This document shows positions 53,423 to 63,249 of a stretch of 64,000 nucleotides of DNA, one piece after another. The notes beneath the pieces are model-generated. The model made no database searches. It saw only the letters and a program-made list of their open reading frames with translations, and was not told the DNA's origin. Source of the DNA: Opitutaceae bacterium (GTDB taxonomy: Bacteria > Verrucomicrobiota > Verrucomicrobiia > Opitutales > Coraliomargaritaceae). The stretch is from NCBI GenBank assembly GCA_051252375.1, contig JBPOFY010000005.1, positions 96,001-160,000 on the forward strand. Reading direction: 5' to 3'. The translations under genes were made by a program, and so were the position numbers. Every line of letters starts with the position of its first letter. Within the stretch, counting starts at the first letter, position 1.

Positions 53423-56398
53423 ATGTCGAAACCCGCACCAAAATTTGATCGCAGCTTTTTAATCGAGCTGGGAGGGGGCCTTGTTTTTAAGCAAGCCGAG
53501 CGCTTGTTTGAAACAGGAGCGGTGAAATCGGTTGTGTGGGAGAGCCCTGTGCTCATCGGCAAAGTCAAAGGTATGAACGCCACTTATGAGCCGAAGCTCA
53601 ATCTTCGCTCCACGGTGTTTGCGGTGAACAACTGCAACTGTGAGGACGGACAGAAGCGTAAGGTCTGCGCACACGCGATTGCTGCAGCTTTGCATTTTCA
53701 GGCATTGAAAGAAGAAGCCAAGCACGTGGTGGTTGCCGAAACCATCGTCGAGGAAGCTGAACCTGAGCCTACCGGACCTGTGGCACCAAAGTTGCGTTCT
53801 TTAAAAACTTCGGAGGATGGTATGAACCTGCGCATGTTGGTTTTCTTGCCGCCTAATTTTGAAGCTGCCGTTGAGCGTGATGCCATCGTGGTCAAAGTAG
53901 ATGCCGCGGCAGGTCGCGAGATCTTGCCGCTAGGCAATGTGAATACGGGAAAGGCTTATAAGATTTCTCCGGCGCAAGAGAAGGCGTTGATCTTGGTGGA
54001 GGCTTGGTGCGGAGGGAAAATGGCGAGTTTACTTCAGCTCACCGCTGGGCGCCTGCGTCGCTTATTGGATCTATTGGTCGATGAGCCAGTCGTCTATTGG
54101 GTGAAAAAGCCCAATGCCCCCATCGATTGGGTAGACGGGAAATTGCCGGAAGTGTATTCTCTGTTGCCTGAACCCACAATTGAAGCGGAGGAGGAAGATG
54201 CACCAGTTGCGGTAGAAGAACCCAAGCGCTTGAGCTTTAAGCAGGGTATCAGTTTACGCGAGAAACCGAGACCAAATCTACGTGCCATCGCTGAAGCAAA
54301 GAGACCGAAGCTGTTTCAAACGCGGGCAGGGGACTATCCGACCGCCAGTGCCGTTTCGGAATCGATGGAGAATTATGATTCTAAGAGCATTGTTGTAGAT
54401 GGCTCACTTAATTTTATAGCCATCCGTTTGCCGTCGTCAGATGTGGATTCGGTCAAGCCACTGCGCGATATTTTGAAAACCTCAGGGTTCATGTTGGAAC
54501 CTTCGAATCGAAAGTGGTGGCTACGCGACCGGCATAAGACATTGAACTTTCTCGCCTCGCATTGGCGTGAATTGAAAGACCAATGGCAGGCGGTGTTTAC
54601 TAAGAATTTCGAAGATAAACTAGCGCATGTAGAACTCTCAGCGCTCAACATCGAAACCAAAGAAGAAGCGGGTAAGTTCTCCTTGGAAGTGAGCTTAAGC
54701 AAAGAGGGTGACGAGACGGACTTGCGCCGCGCTATTGCCAGCGGTAAGAGTTACATTGATACCGAAGAGGGCACGATCACGCTTTTGGATACCGCTTCGG
54801 TTAACAAACTGCACGAGATCGAACGCGCGATTAGCGGACAAGCAGATCGTCCGTTTACACCGACTTTTAGCAAGCGCCTCGAAACACAAGAGCTGGTTGA
54901 TGTAGAAGACTTGCTCGATGAAATGACCGAGGGCTGGCAACCGCCGCAGGCTTGGCAGTCACGTAGTTTGGCGCTCAAGCAAGTGGGTGCTCTCGAAGCC
55001 GCGCCTATTCGACCGGGCTTTGATGCGATTTTACGCACTTATCAACGTATCGGTGTGGCATGGCTCTGGCATCTCTATCGAAACGAACTTGGTGGCATTC
55101 TCGCTGATGAAATGGGCTTGGGTAAAACACTGCAGGCCTTGGCTTTGATTGAGTGCATTCGAACGACCAATAAAGAGTCGATGCCGGCGCTGGTTGTCTG
55201 TCCTGCGAGTTTGGTGGAAAATTGGATGCGTGAGGCCGCACGGTTTACGCCGGGACTGAAGCTCGCCAAGCACCACGGCACCAAGCGTGCGAAAGAGCCC
55301 GCAGATTTGGAACAAGTCGACATCGTGATCACCTCCTACGGCACCTTGCGTCAGGATAGTGATATGCTTTCCACAATGGACTGGTGTGTCGTGATTGGTG
55401 ATGAAGCTCAGCATATTAAAAACCGTCGCACGCAGAATGCGAAGTCGCTCACGCGCCTACATAGTAAAGGTCGCTTCTTGCTGACCGGCACGCCAGTTGA
55501 AAACTCGCTGGATGATCTCTTGTCACTGTTCGCCTTCCTTATGCCGGGCTATTTGCAGACCGCACACGGTAAGCTTTCGCAGGAGGATAAGGCATGGCAT
55601 AGCAAACGTCAGACCGCGCGAGCCGCTGCCTACATTTTACGGCGCACAAAGAAGGAAGTGGCGCCAGAGCTACCGGATAAAATCGAGAAGACTTTCTTCT
55701 GCGAACTGGGGAGCAAGCAGCATCGTTTCTATCAAGATACTCTAGAGAAAACGCGCCGCGAAATTTTCAATTTGGAAATGGCTGGAGCCAATGCAGGGCG
55801 TGTGCAGTTTGCCGCCTTTACGGAGTTGCTACGTTTGCGACAGGCCTGTGTCGATCCGCGTATCATCGACGAGACTTTTCCCGAGAAAGAATCCGCCAAG
55901 CTCGCCGCCTTCGATGAAGTGCTGGATGAGTGTATCGATGCAGGTAGCCGTATCTTGGTCTTCTCCAGCTTTGTGACTGCGCTGAAGTTGCTCGCACAGC
56001 ACTTGGAGACCAAGGGGCACAAGTTTTCTTACCTCGACGGTAAGACCCGAAACCGTCTCGCGGTTTGTGATCAGTTCAATGAAGACGAGAGCATACCGGT
56101 ATTCTTGATTTCGCTCAAAGCTGGTGGCACTGGTCTCAACTTAACCGGAGCCGACACCGTCGTGCACTACGACCCTTGGTGGAATCCTGCCGCCGAAGCT
56201 CAAGCAACCGACCGAGCGCACCGTATCGGGCAAAAGAAAGTCGTCACAAGTATCAAGCTTATCGCCGCCAACACAGTGGAAGAAAAAGTCCTCGAGTTGC
56301 AGGCGAAGAAAGCAGAGATCCTCAAAGAGCTCTTCGAAGAATCCGAAGCTGCCAACGCCAAGGTCAGCTTGGACGACATCAAGAGCCTGTTAGATTAA
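53423..56398 (+). CDS. SNF2-family helicase with an N-terminal SWIM zinc finger
   Basis: CNC...[45 protein letters not shown]. Confidence 0.92.
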   Translation: MSKPAPKFDRSFLIELGGGLVFKQAERLFETGAVKSVVWESPVLIGKVKGMNATYEPKLNLRSTVFAVNNCNCEDGQKRKVCAHAIAAALHFQALKEEAKHVVVAETIVEEAEPEPTGPVAPKLRSLKTSEDGMNLRMLVFLPPNFEAAVERDAIVVKVDAAAGREILPLGNVNTGKAYKISPAQEKALILVEAWCGGKMASLLQLTAGRLRRLLDLLVDEPVVYWVKKPNAPIDWVDGKLPEVYSLLPEPTIEAEEEDAPVAVEEPKRLSFKQGISLREKPRPNLRAIAEAKRPKLFQTRAGDYPTASAVSESMENYDSKSIVVDGSLNFIAIRLPSSDVDSVKPLRDILKTSGFMLEPSNRKWWLRDRHKTLNFLASHWRELKDQWQAVFTKNFEDKLAHVELSALNIETKEEAGKFSLEVSLSKEGDETDLRRAIASGKSYIDTEEGTITLLDTASVNKLHEIERAISGQADRPFTPTFSKRLETQELVDVEDLLDEMTEGWQPPQAWQSRSLALKQVGALEAAPIRPGFDAILRTYQRIGVAWLWHLYRNELGGILADEMGLGKTLQALALIECIRTTNKESMPALVVCPASLVENWMREAARFTPGLKLAKHHGTKRAKEPADLEQVDIVITSYGTLRQDSDMLSTMDWCVVIGDEAQHIKNRRTQNAKSLTRLHSKGRFLLTGTPVENSLDDLLSLFAFLMPGYLQTAHGKLSQEDKAWHSKRQTARAAAYILRRTKKEVAPELPDKIEKTFFCELGSKQHRFYQDTLEKTRREIFNLEMAGANAGRVQFAAFTELLRLRQACVDPRIIDETFPEKESAKLAAFDEVLDECIDAGSRILVFSSFVTALKLLAQHLETKGHKFSYLDGKTRNRLAVCDQFNEDESIPVFLISLKAGGTGLNLTGADTVVHYDPWWNPAAEAQATDRAHRIGQKKVVTSIKLIAANTVEEKVLELQAKKAEILKELFEESEAANAKVSLDDIKSLLD

Positions 56399-56401
56399 AT
56401 T

Positions 56402-57460
56402 TTATCCGCGGCGAGCTAGGACGGCTTGGGCGAGTTCTTGGAAGATAGGCTCGGTGGCTTCGAAGTCGATGCAGCCGTCGGTGATGCTTTGGCCGTAGGT
56501 ATTTTCGCCGCCTTCTTTGTAGTCTTGGCGTCCAGCGACAAGGTGGCTTTCGAGCATGATACCGGCGATGCCTTTTTGTCCGGCGGCGATTTGCTCGGCG
56601 AGGACATGGGCGACTTCAGACTGACGTGTGTAGTCTTTGTTGCTGTTGCCGTGGCTGCAGTCGACGATGAGGTAGGGTGGCAGTTTGACAGCTTCGAGTT
56701 GTTCTAGGATGGGCTCGATGTCTTTGGCTTCGTAATTCGGCCCCGTGCGGTTGCCGCCGCGCAGTATGACGTGGGCGGAGGAGTTGCCCGTTGTTTGAAA
56801 GATAGCGGTCACGCCTTGTTTGGTGACGGAAGGGAACCAGTGTGGTTGGGCGGCAGAGCGCACGGCGTCGATCGCGATTTGCACGTTGCCGCTGGTGCCG
56901 TTTTTGAATCCGACTGGCATGGAGAGTCCGGAAGCGAGTTCGCGGTGAACCTGGCTCTCGGTGGTGCGTGCGCCGATGGCTGACCATGCGATGGCGTCGG
57001 CAATGAATTGAGGGATGATCGTGTCGAGGAATTCGGCGCCTGTGGGGAGACCGAGTTCGCAGATGTCGACGAGGAGTTGACGCCCGACGCGGAGACCGGT
57101 GTTGATCTCGAAACTGCCGTCGATCTTGGGGTCGTTGATCAAGCCTTTCCAGCCGACCACGGTGCGAGGCTTTTCAAAGTAAACCCGCATGATGATTTGT
57201 AGCTCGGCTTTATACTTTTCGGCGTAAGGTAATAAGCGCTGTGCATATTCCATCGCTGCTTTCGTATCGTGGATCGAGCAGGGACCGACAACGACGATGA
57301 GTCGGTCGTCATCGCCACGAAGGATGGCTTCGCTTTCGGTGCGGCCTTGGTCGATGACCGCAGTGGCTTTGTCGGTGAGCGGAATTTCTTCAATCAGAAT
57401 CGCAGGAGAGAGCAGCGGGCGCATTGCCCCGATACGGGTGTCGTCGTGTGGTGTGAGCAT
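56402..57460 (-). CDS. 3-deoxy-7-phosphoheptulonate (DAHP) synthase, class I (AroF/G/H type)
   Basis: GPCSIHD, RVYFEKPRT, IGARTTESQ.HRE, DCSHGNS, YGQSITDGC. Confidence 0.95.
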   Translation of the reverse strand: MLTPHDDTRIGAMRPLLSPAILIEEIPLTDKATAVIDQGRTESEAILRGDDDRLIVVVGPCSIHDTKAAMEYAQRLLPYAEKYKAELQIIMRVYFEKPRTVVGWKGLINDPKIDGSFEINTGLRVGRQLLVDICELGLPTGAEFLDTIIPQFIADAIAWSAIGARTTESQVHRELASGLSMPVGFKNGTSGNVQIAIDAVRSAAQPHWFPSVTKQGVTAIFQTTGNSSAHVILRGGNRTGPNYEAKDIEPILEQLEAVKLPPYLIVDCSHGNSNKDYTRQSEVAHVLAEQIAAGQKGIAGIMLESHLVAGRQDYKEGGENTYGQSITDGCIDFEATEPIFQELAQAVLARRG

Positions 57461-57469
57461 GTTTTATTA

Positions 57470-57533
57470 AAGTTGGGAAGTTGGGAAGTTGGGAAGTTGG
57501 GAAGTTGGGAAGTTGGGGAGGTTAGGAAGTTGG
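57470..57533 (+). repeat. Octamer tandem repeat (AAGTTGGG)x6 plus two degenerate units
   Basis: Six perfect units at 57470-57517. Confidence 0.92.
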
Positions 57534-57537
57534 AAAT

Positions 57538-57609
57538 TCTTAATCTTACTTGTAATCTTAATCCCAAATGATTCGACGATTATGATTAAGAGTAGGATTA
57601 TGATTAAGA
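57538..57609. repeat. Hexamer-unit inverted repeat
   Basis: TCTTAATCTTACTTGTAATCTTAATC ... GATTATGATTAAGAGTAGGATTATGATTAAGA. Confidence 0.78.
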
Positions 57610-57622
57610 CGCTGGAAGCGGT

Positions 57623-58498
57623 TTATTGCGGCAGCATGTTGGACTGGCTGACGATGAATAACATCAGTAGGCTGAATGCGTTGAAGAACGCATGAAAGCA
57701 CATGGGGACTAAAATGTTGCCTGACTTTTCGTAAACGCGGGCGAGGACGACTCCGACCATGATGAGGGGGACGAAGGAGAGCAGGTTGCCATGCATGATC
57801 GCGAACACGGCCCCGCTGAGAACTTGGGCGGCGATGAAGGCCATCTTGCTTTTAAGGAAACGGTAGATGCAGCCACGGAAAATGAGTTCTTCTACAATAG
57901 GAGCGAGGATGACTGCAAAAATGATGAGCAAGCCAATCGCGAATGGATCGCCGCCGCCTTGAAACAGGGTGATCAGTTCTTGGGGTTCGATTTCCTCGAT
58001 CAGTCCGAGGGCTTGGAAGATTTCTAGGAATTTTGTCCAAGCAAAGGTGACGATCCAAATGACCGGCAGGAACATCAGAAAGAGGGGTGCGGCTTCCTTC
58101 AGCGCTGCGCCTAAGCTATAACCCTGTGAATTTAGGCGACCGCCAAACTCATTGGGGATGAAATGACGGAGGAAGTAAAAAACTGCGAGGAGTGGAACCT
58201 GTAGGAGCAGCACCGCTGCGACTGCTATCCAAGGAGTCAGCTCGCCATCATTTGCATGGATACTATCTTTGAGGAAATGCGCGCCTGATATTTGCACGAG
58301 CGATACGATGACAACTTCGGCGCAAATAAAGAGCAGGAAGTTGACCCAACCGATGGCCCAGACGGGTGTGTTGGCGTCGGGTATGATTTCGGTTCGTGGG
58401 CGTTGGATATGGCGTATCCATAGCGTGGCACTACTGCCTAATACGGCGAGTATGATTACAGTTGCAGCTATGGCTGCTGCGTCGAGCTCCGGTGTCAT
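57623..58498 (-). CDS. CPBP (CAAX protease/Abi) family intramembrane metalloprotease
   Basis: APIVEELIFRG, FAIMH, HAFFN. Confidence 0.9.
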   Translation of the reverse strand: MTPELDAAAIAATVIILAVLGSSATLWIRHIQRPRTEIIPDANTPVWAIGWVNFLLFICAEVVIVSLVQISGAHFLKDSIHANDGELTPWIAVAAVLLLQVPLLAVFYFLRHFIPNEFGGRLNSQGYSLGAALKEAAPLFLMFLPVIWIVTFAWTKFLEIFQALGLIEEIEPQELITLFQGGGDPFAIGLLIIFAVILAPIVEELIFRGCIYRFLKSKMAFIAAQVLSGAVFAIMHGNLLSFVPLIMVGVVLARVYEKSGNILVPMCFHAFFNAFSLLMLFIVSQSNMLPQ

Positions 58499-58510
58499 TA
58501 TCGGAAGCGC

Positions 58511-59806
58511 TTACGCGGTGATGCTTTGACCATCGAAGATTTGCTTGCCGTTGACGAAGGTGGCTTTGACTTTTCCTTTTAGTGTCTGTCCGTGCCATGG
58601 GCAATTGCGTGACTTACTGAAGAATTTGTCTGCGTCGACGGTCCAGCTTTCGTCGGGGTCGAAGAGGCAGATGTCGGCGGGTGCACCGTCGCTGAGTGTG
58701 CCGGCGTCGAGCTTGCAAAGTTCCGCGCCTTTGTGGGTCATGAGTGCGATGACTTCGTTGAGAGAGAGACGTTTGCTGTGGTAGAGTGTGCCCAAGCTGC
58801 TCGCAAGTGAGTTTTCGAGTCCGATGATACCGAAGGGGGCGTAATCAAATTCGCAGTCCTTCTCGGTCGGCGTGTGCGGTGCATGATCGGTGGCGATACA
58901 ATCGAGTGTGCCATCGCAGAGACCTTGGATGAGTGCTTCGCGGTCAGCGTCGGTGCGCAGCGGCGGGTTCATCTTAAAGCCGGTGTCGTAGTCGGCTAGT
59001 TTTGCATCGGTAAATTCGATATGGTGTGGGCTGGCTTCGCCGCTTACGGGGACGCCGCGCTCTTTGGCTCGGCGTAGGATGTCGACCGAGGCGGAGGAGC
59101 TGACGTGCTGCATGTGAATGTGCGCGCCCGTGATCTCGGCGAGTATCACATTACGCGCGACGATGATGTCTTCGGCGGCTTTGGGCCAGCCACGTAACCC
59201 GAGGCGGAGGGACCATTCGCCTTCGTTCATGACGGCACCTTCGGTGAGGTTGGCGTCTTGGCAGTGGTCCATGATGATGAGATCGAACATCTTGGCATAC
59301 TCGACCGCACGGCGCATGATTTCGTTGTTTTGCACGCACTGACCATCGTCGGTCATAGCGACGACTCCGGCGTTCTTAAGTTGTCCAGTTGGGGCGAGAT
59401 GTTCGCCTTGCATGCCGAGTGTGAGGCAGCCAGTTGGGTAAACTTTGATCACTGCCTTACGTCGCACCTCGTCCATGATGCGCTGGATCGTGCCTGCATT
59501 GTCGCAGACCGGGCTGGTGTTGGGCATGCAGACGACGGAGGTGAACCCTCCTGCGGCGGCGGCTTTGGTGCCACTACTGATGTCTTCCTTATGAGTTTGG
59601 CCAGGATAACGGAAGTGGACATGAATGTCGACTAAGCCCGGTGCGACGACGAGGCCGCTGGCGTCGACTTGTGTGGCCTCGGCTTTTTGAGCCTCGTTGA
59701 GGCTGCCAACCAGTTTGCCGTCGATGGCGAATACATCGCCTACGCTGTCGCGGTCATTTGCGGGGTCAATGACTCGACCGCCTTGGATCCATAGGATGTT
59801 GCTCAT
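58511..59806 (-). CDS. pyrC: Dihydroorotase
   Basis: DIHVHFR.PG, GGFT...MPNT, KMNPPLR, ATDHAPH; follows pyrB. Confidence 0.94.
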   Translation of the reverse strand: MSNILWIQGGRVIDPANDRDSVGDVFAIDGKLVGSLNEAQKAEATQVDASGLVVAPGLVDIHVHFRYPGQTHKEDISSGTKAAAAGGFTSVVCMPNTSPVCDNAGTIQRIMDEVRRKAVIKVYPTGCLTLGMQGEHLAPTGQLKNAGVVAMTDDGQCVQNNEIMRRAVEYAKMFDLIIMDHCQDANLTEGAVMNEGEWSLRLGLRGWPKAAEDIIVARNVILAEITGAHIHMQHVSSSASVDILRRAKERGVPVSGEASPHHIEFTDAKLADYDTGFKMNPPLRTDADREALIQGLCDGTLDCIATDHAPHTPTEKDCEFDYAPFGIIGLENSLASSLGTLYHSKRLSLNEVIALMTHKGAELCKLDAGTLSDGAPADICLFDPDESWTVDADKFFSKSRNCPWHGQTLKGKVKATFVNGKQIFDGQSITA

Positions 59807-59818
59807 TGATAAAAAAGA

Positions 59819-60778
59819 TTAAGAGGGGAGTTCGATCGGGATGGAGCGATGGCGGCAGTGGCAGAGGTGTAGAATGGCCATGCGCACGACGATGCCGTTG
59901 GTGACTTGCTGTAAGATCACGGAGCGATCCGAGTCGGCTAGTTCGGAGTCGATCTCGACGCCGCGATTGATTGGACCCGGGTGCATGATGATGGCGTCGG
60001 GCTTGAGCCATGCCGCGCGTTTCATATTGAGCCCGAACATGCTGGTGTATTCGCCAAGTGAGGGGAAGTGGGTGGATGCTTGGCGCTCGTGTTGGATGCG
60101 CAGTAGCATGACTGCGTCGGCGTCCTTCAATGCCTTCTTGAGGTCGTGGCAGACGGTGGCCCCCATGGCTTCAAATTCTTTAGGCACGAGTGTGCTAGGT
60201 CCAGCGATGGTGACTTTCGCGCCGAGCTTTTGTAGGCAGATGATATTGGATCGTGCCACGCGGCTGAAGAGGATGTCGCCTAAGATGGTGACGTGCTTGC
60301 CGTCCAGTGTGCCGAATTTTTCTAAAAGTGTGAAGGCGTCGAGCAGCGCTTGTGTCGGGTGGGCGTGGGAGCCATCACCTGCATTGATGACAGGGATGTC
60401 GACGACTTTGCTAAGGTAGTTGGGCGCACCGGAGGCTGAGTGCCGCATGATGATCATGTCGGCTTTGAGCGCTGCCATGTTTTGTGCGGTGTCGCGCAGA
60501 GTTTCGCCTTTGGTCAGGCTGCTGACGTCACCCGTGACCGTAATGGTGTCGGCACTCAAGCGGCTGGCGGCGACCTCGAAAGCAAGTCGTGTCCGAGTGC
60601 TGGGCTCCAAGAAGAGGTTTACGATTGTGCGACCATTCAAGTAGGGCTGCTTTTTATCGTCAGCCTCCATCGCTTTCTTGAACGCGGTGGCTGCCGTAAA
60701 GATCGTCTCAATCTCCTCACGGGAGAGTGGTTCGACGTCGATTAGGTCTTTTCGGTTCCAGGATAAACTTTGGCTCAT
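59819..60778 (-). CDS. pyrB: Aspartate carbamoyltransferase catalytic subunit
   Basis: EPSTRTR, NAGDG..HPTQALLD, SRVARS, LRIQHER, HPGP.NRG. Confidence 0.96.
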   Translation of the reverse strand: MSQSLSWNRKDLIDVEPLSREEIETIFTAATAFKKAMEADDKKQPYLNGRTIVNLFLEPSTRTRLAFEVAASRLSADTITVTGDVSSLTKGETLRDTAQNMAALKADMIIMRHSASGAPNYLSKVVDIPVINAGDGSHAHPTQALLDAFTLLEKFGTLDGKHVTILGDILFSRVARSNIICLQKLGAKVTIAGPSTLVPKEFEAMGATVCHDLKKALKDADAVMLLRIQHERQASTHFPSLGEYTSMFGLNMKRAAWLKPDAIIMHPGPINRGVEIDSELADSDRSVILQQVTNGIVVRMAILHLCHCRHRSIPIELPS

Positions 60779-60976
60779 TAGTGTATGGGTGCGCTGGCGG
60801 GCAAAAAACAAGCCCAGCTCCGAAAACGGAAATGTGCGTTTCAAAACAGAAAGGGCAACGAGAAATCGCGGAAAAGCACTGTCACTACAGGGATTTCATT
60901 GGTTGAGGGTGGTGGAAATTACCTTTTTACACGCGATTCGTCCGCTTGGTTCGACGTTGACTTTAATGAAAACTAG

Positions 60977-60994
60977 ACTTTGAGTATTCAAAGT
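60977..60994. promoter_or_regulatory. Palindromic candidate operator for the metal-uptake operon
   Basis: ACTTTGA-gtat-TCAAAGT abuts ATG 60995; TTGACT lies at 60957-60962. Confidence 0.5.
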
Positions 60995-61981
60995 ATGAAA
61001 TTTGAGTTATCGTTATTGCGTCCATTAGCACTGCTTACAGTCGTGTTTTCATTGATTGGTTGTGCCCCGAGTGGTGGTGACGAGTCCGAGTCGGTGGAGT
61101 CGGGTGCGAGCCCCTACAAGGTGGTTTGCACTGTGGGTATGATCACAGACATCGTGCGCAATGTGGCTGGAGACTACGCCGAGGTGGAGGGCATCATTGG
61201 TGAAGGCGTGGATCCGCACCTCTACAAGCCGACTCGCAGCGATGTGGTGAAACTGAGTGGCGCGGACGTGGTTTTTTATAATGGATTGCTACTCGAAGGT
61301 AAAATGACGGACGTGCTGGTGCGTGTGGCGACGACAGGCAAACCAGTGAAAGCGGTGACCGAGGCAATTTTGGATGAGACGGATTACTTAATGGATAAGG
61401 AAGACGGCTCGGAATATACAGATCCGCACGTTTGGATGGATGTGAGCGGTTGGCTCAAGGCGGTGCCAGTTGTGGCTGAAACGCTGTCTGCGTATGATCC
61501 CGCAAACGCAGCGACCTATCGTAGTAATGCCGCTGCTTATATGGAGCAACTTGAAGCCTTGAACGTTTATGCGAAAAAGGCGATGGCCACGATCCCAGAA
61601 GGGCAACGTGTTTTGGTGACGGCTCACGATGCGTTTCGCTACCTAGGGCGTGCGTATGGCATAGAAGTGCGAGGCATTCAGGGGGTGAGCACCGAATCAG
61701 AGGCAGGTGTGCGTGATCTCGAAGATTTGGTTGATTTCATTGTGCATCGAAAGATCCCCGCTGTTTTTGTAGAGACTTCTGTGGCGGATAAGAATGTGCG
61801 TGCGCTGGTCGAAGGTTCCAAATCGCGTGGGCACCCAGTGGTGATCGGTGGCTCGCTCTTTTCCGACGCGATGGGCCAAGCCGGCACCTACGAGGGCACT
61901 TATATTGGCATGATTGATAGCAACGTGACCACCATCGTGAACTCCCTTGGCGGGGAAGCTGCAGGTTTTCGGCAAGATTAA
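60995..61981 (+). CDS. Mn/Zn/Fe ABC transporter substrate-binding lipoprotein (TroA/MntA type)
   Basis: Lipobox LIGC; DPHLY, NGLLLE, DPHVW, TAHDAF, SDA. Confidence 0.93.
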   Translation: MKFELSLLRPLALLTVVFSLIGCAPSGGDESESVESGASPYKVVCTVGMITDIVRNVAGDYAEVEGIIGEGVDPHLYKPTRSDVVKLSGADVVFYNGLLLEGKMTDVLVRVATTGKPVKAVTEAILDETDYLMDKEDGSEYTDPHVWMDVSGWLKAVPVVAETLSAYDPANAATYRSNAAAYMEQLEALNVYAKKAMATIPEGQRVLVTAHDAFRYLGRAYGIEVRGIQGVSTESEAGVRDLEDLVDFIVHRKIPAVFVETSVADKNVRALVEGSKSRGHPVVIGGSLFSDAMGQAGTYEGTYIGMIDSNVTTIVNSLGGEAAGFRQD

Positions 61982-62002
61982 GGCGTTTTGTAGACTTATA
62001 TT

Positions 62003-62420
62003 TTAACCACAAAAATCACAGAAATCACAAAAATGGATACTCAAGAATTAGTTGATGTCGTTCGACAAACTGGTTTTGAAGTTCACGTGTATTTTAAGAA
62101 TGGGTTTCTTGAAAAGGTATACGAGAACTCACTTGTTAATCGATTGCGTAGTAAGGGGATAGAAGTTGTTCAGCAGCATCCCTTAAGCGTCATTGATGAG
62201 GATGGTAGTGTTGTTGGTGAGTATTATGCCGATCTCTTTATTGGTGGGCAATTGATCGTTGAACTGAAGGCAGTGAAGCACCTCGACGTGAGTCACTATG
62301 CCCAAGTTTTGTCCTATTTGAAAACGTCTAATGTAAAACATGGAATGCTTATGAACTTTGGTGCTTCCAAGTTTGAAGTTAAGAAATTCGTTTTGTGATT
62401 TTTGTGTATTATGTGGTTAA
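62003..62420. mobile_element. Putative minimal mobile or intervening element: GxxExxY gene bounded by 30-bp inverted repeats
   Basis: TTAACCACAAAAATCACAGAAATCACAAAA at 62003-62032 pairs 26/30 with 62391-62420; interrupts the troA-troB-like operon. Confidence 0.65.
62033..62398 (+). CDS. GxxExxY protein (PD-(D/E)XK nuclease fold)
   Basis: GFLEKVY; ADL..IVELK; AQVLSYLK; LMNFG. Confidence 0.92.
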   Translation: MDTQELVDVVRQTGFEVHVYFKNGFLEKVYENSLVNRLRSKGIEVVQQHPLSVIDEDGSVVGEYYADLFIGGQLIVELKAVKHLDVSHYAQVLSYLKTSNVKHGMLMNFGASKFEVKKFVL

Positions 62421-62433
62421 TTAAATTTTCATT

Positions 62434-63243
62434 ATGAACACTGTATCCAAAGAAATAATACATACAAACAGTGAGGCGGTATCGACGAAGTCGTTGCCTT
62501 TAGTGGTGCGAGATTTGACGGTGGCGTATCATCGTAAGCCAGTGGTTTGGGATGTGGAGCTTTCGATTCCAGAGGGGAAATTGGTCAGCATTGTTGGACC
62601 CAATGGTGCGGGTAAGAGCACATTGTTGAAGGCCGCGCTGGACCTGATCCCACGTTCTTCCGGTGAGGTGCTTATTTACGGTGAGCCTTATTCGAAAGCG
62701 CGTAAGCGAGTGGGCTATGTGCCGCAGCGCGAGAGTGTGGATTGGGATTTCCCGGTGAGTGCTCTCGATGTGGTTGCTATGGGCACCTACGGGCAGCTTG
62801 GTTGGTTTCGACGGGTGAATAAACGTTCGAAGGCGCTGGCGATGCAGGCTTTGGATCGTGTGGGACTCGCTGATTACGCGCATCGGCAAATTAGTCAGCT
62901 TTCAGGCGGGCAACAACAGCGCACTTTCTTGGCCCGTGCGTTGGTGCAAGATGCAGATATCTATTTTATGGACGAGCCATTTGCTGCGGTCGATGCGGCG
63001 ACGGAGCGAGCGATTGTAGACTTGCTCAAAGAGCTACAGCAACGCGGTAAGACCTGTTTGGTGGTGCACCACGATTTGGCGACGGTGCCGGAATATTTTG
63101 ATTGGACGGTGTTGCTCAACATGCGCGTCGTGGCGAGTGGTCCGACTGAAGAAGTATTTAATCAGGAGAACTTGCATAAGACTTACGGTGGTAAGTTGAC
63201 GCTCTTAAGCCAAGCCGCAGAGGAACTCATGCGAAAACGATGA
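62434..63243 (+). CDS. Metal ABC transporter ATPase (TroB/MntB type)
   Basis: GPNGAGKST, YVPQRESVDWDFP, LSGGQQQR, MDEP, VHHDL. Confidence 0.94.
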   Translation: MNTVSKEIIHTNSEAVSTKSLPLVVRDLTVAYHRKPVVWDVELSIPEGKLVSIVGPNGAGKSTLLKAALDLIPRSSGEVLIYGEPYSKARKRVGYVPQRESVDWDFPVSALDVVAMGTYGQLGWFRRVNKRSKALAMQALDRVGLADYAHRQISQLSGGQQQRTFLARALVQDADIYFMDEPFAAVDAATERAIVDLLKELQQRGKTCLVVHHDLATVPEYFDWTVLLNMRVVASGPTEEVFNQENLHKTYGGKLTLLSQAAEELMRKR

Positions 63244-63249
63244 AGTTGA

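Noticed and set aside
53423..56398. SNF2 helicase as a defence-island component
   Set aside because: Stand-alone SWIM-SNF2 proteins are common in bacteria, and no methylase or nuclease partners are adjacent.
60779..60960. Possible PyrR attenuator or Mn riboswitch between pyrB and the metal operon
   Set aside because: Only a weak hairpin (about 60793-60818), with no recognisable consensus or terminator/antiterminator pair.
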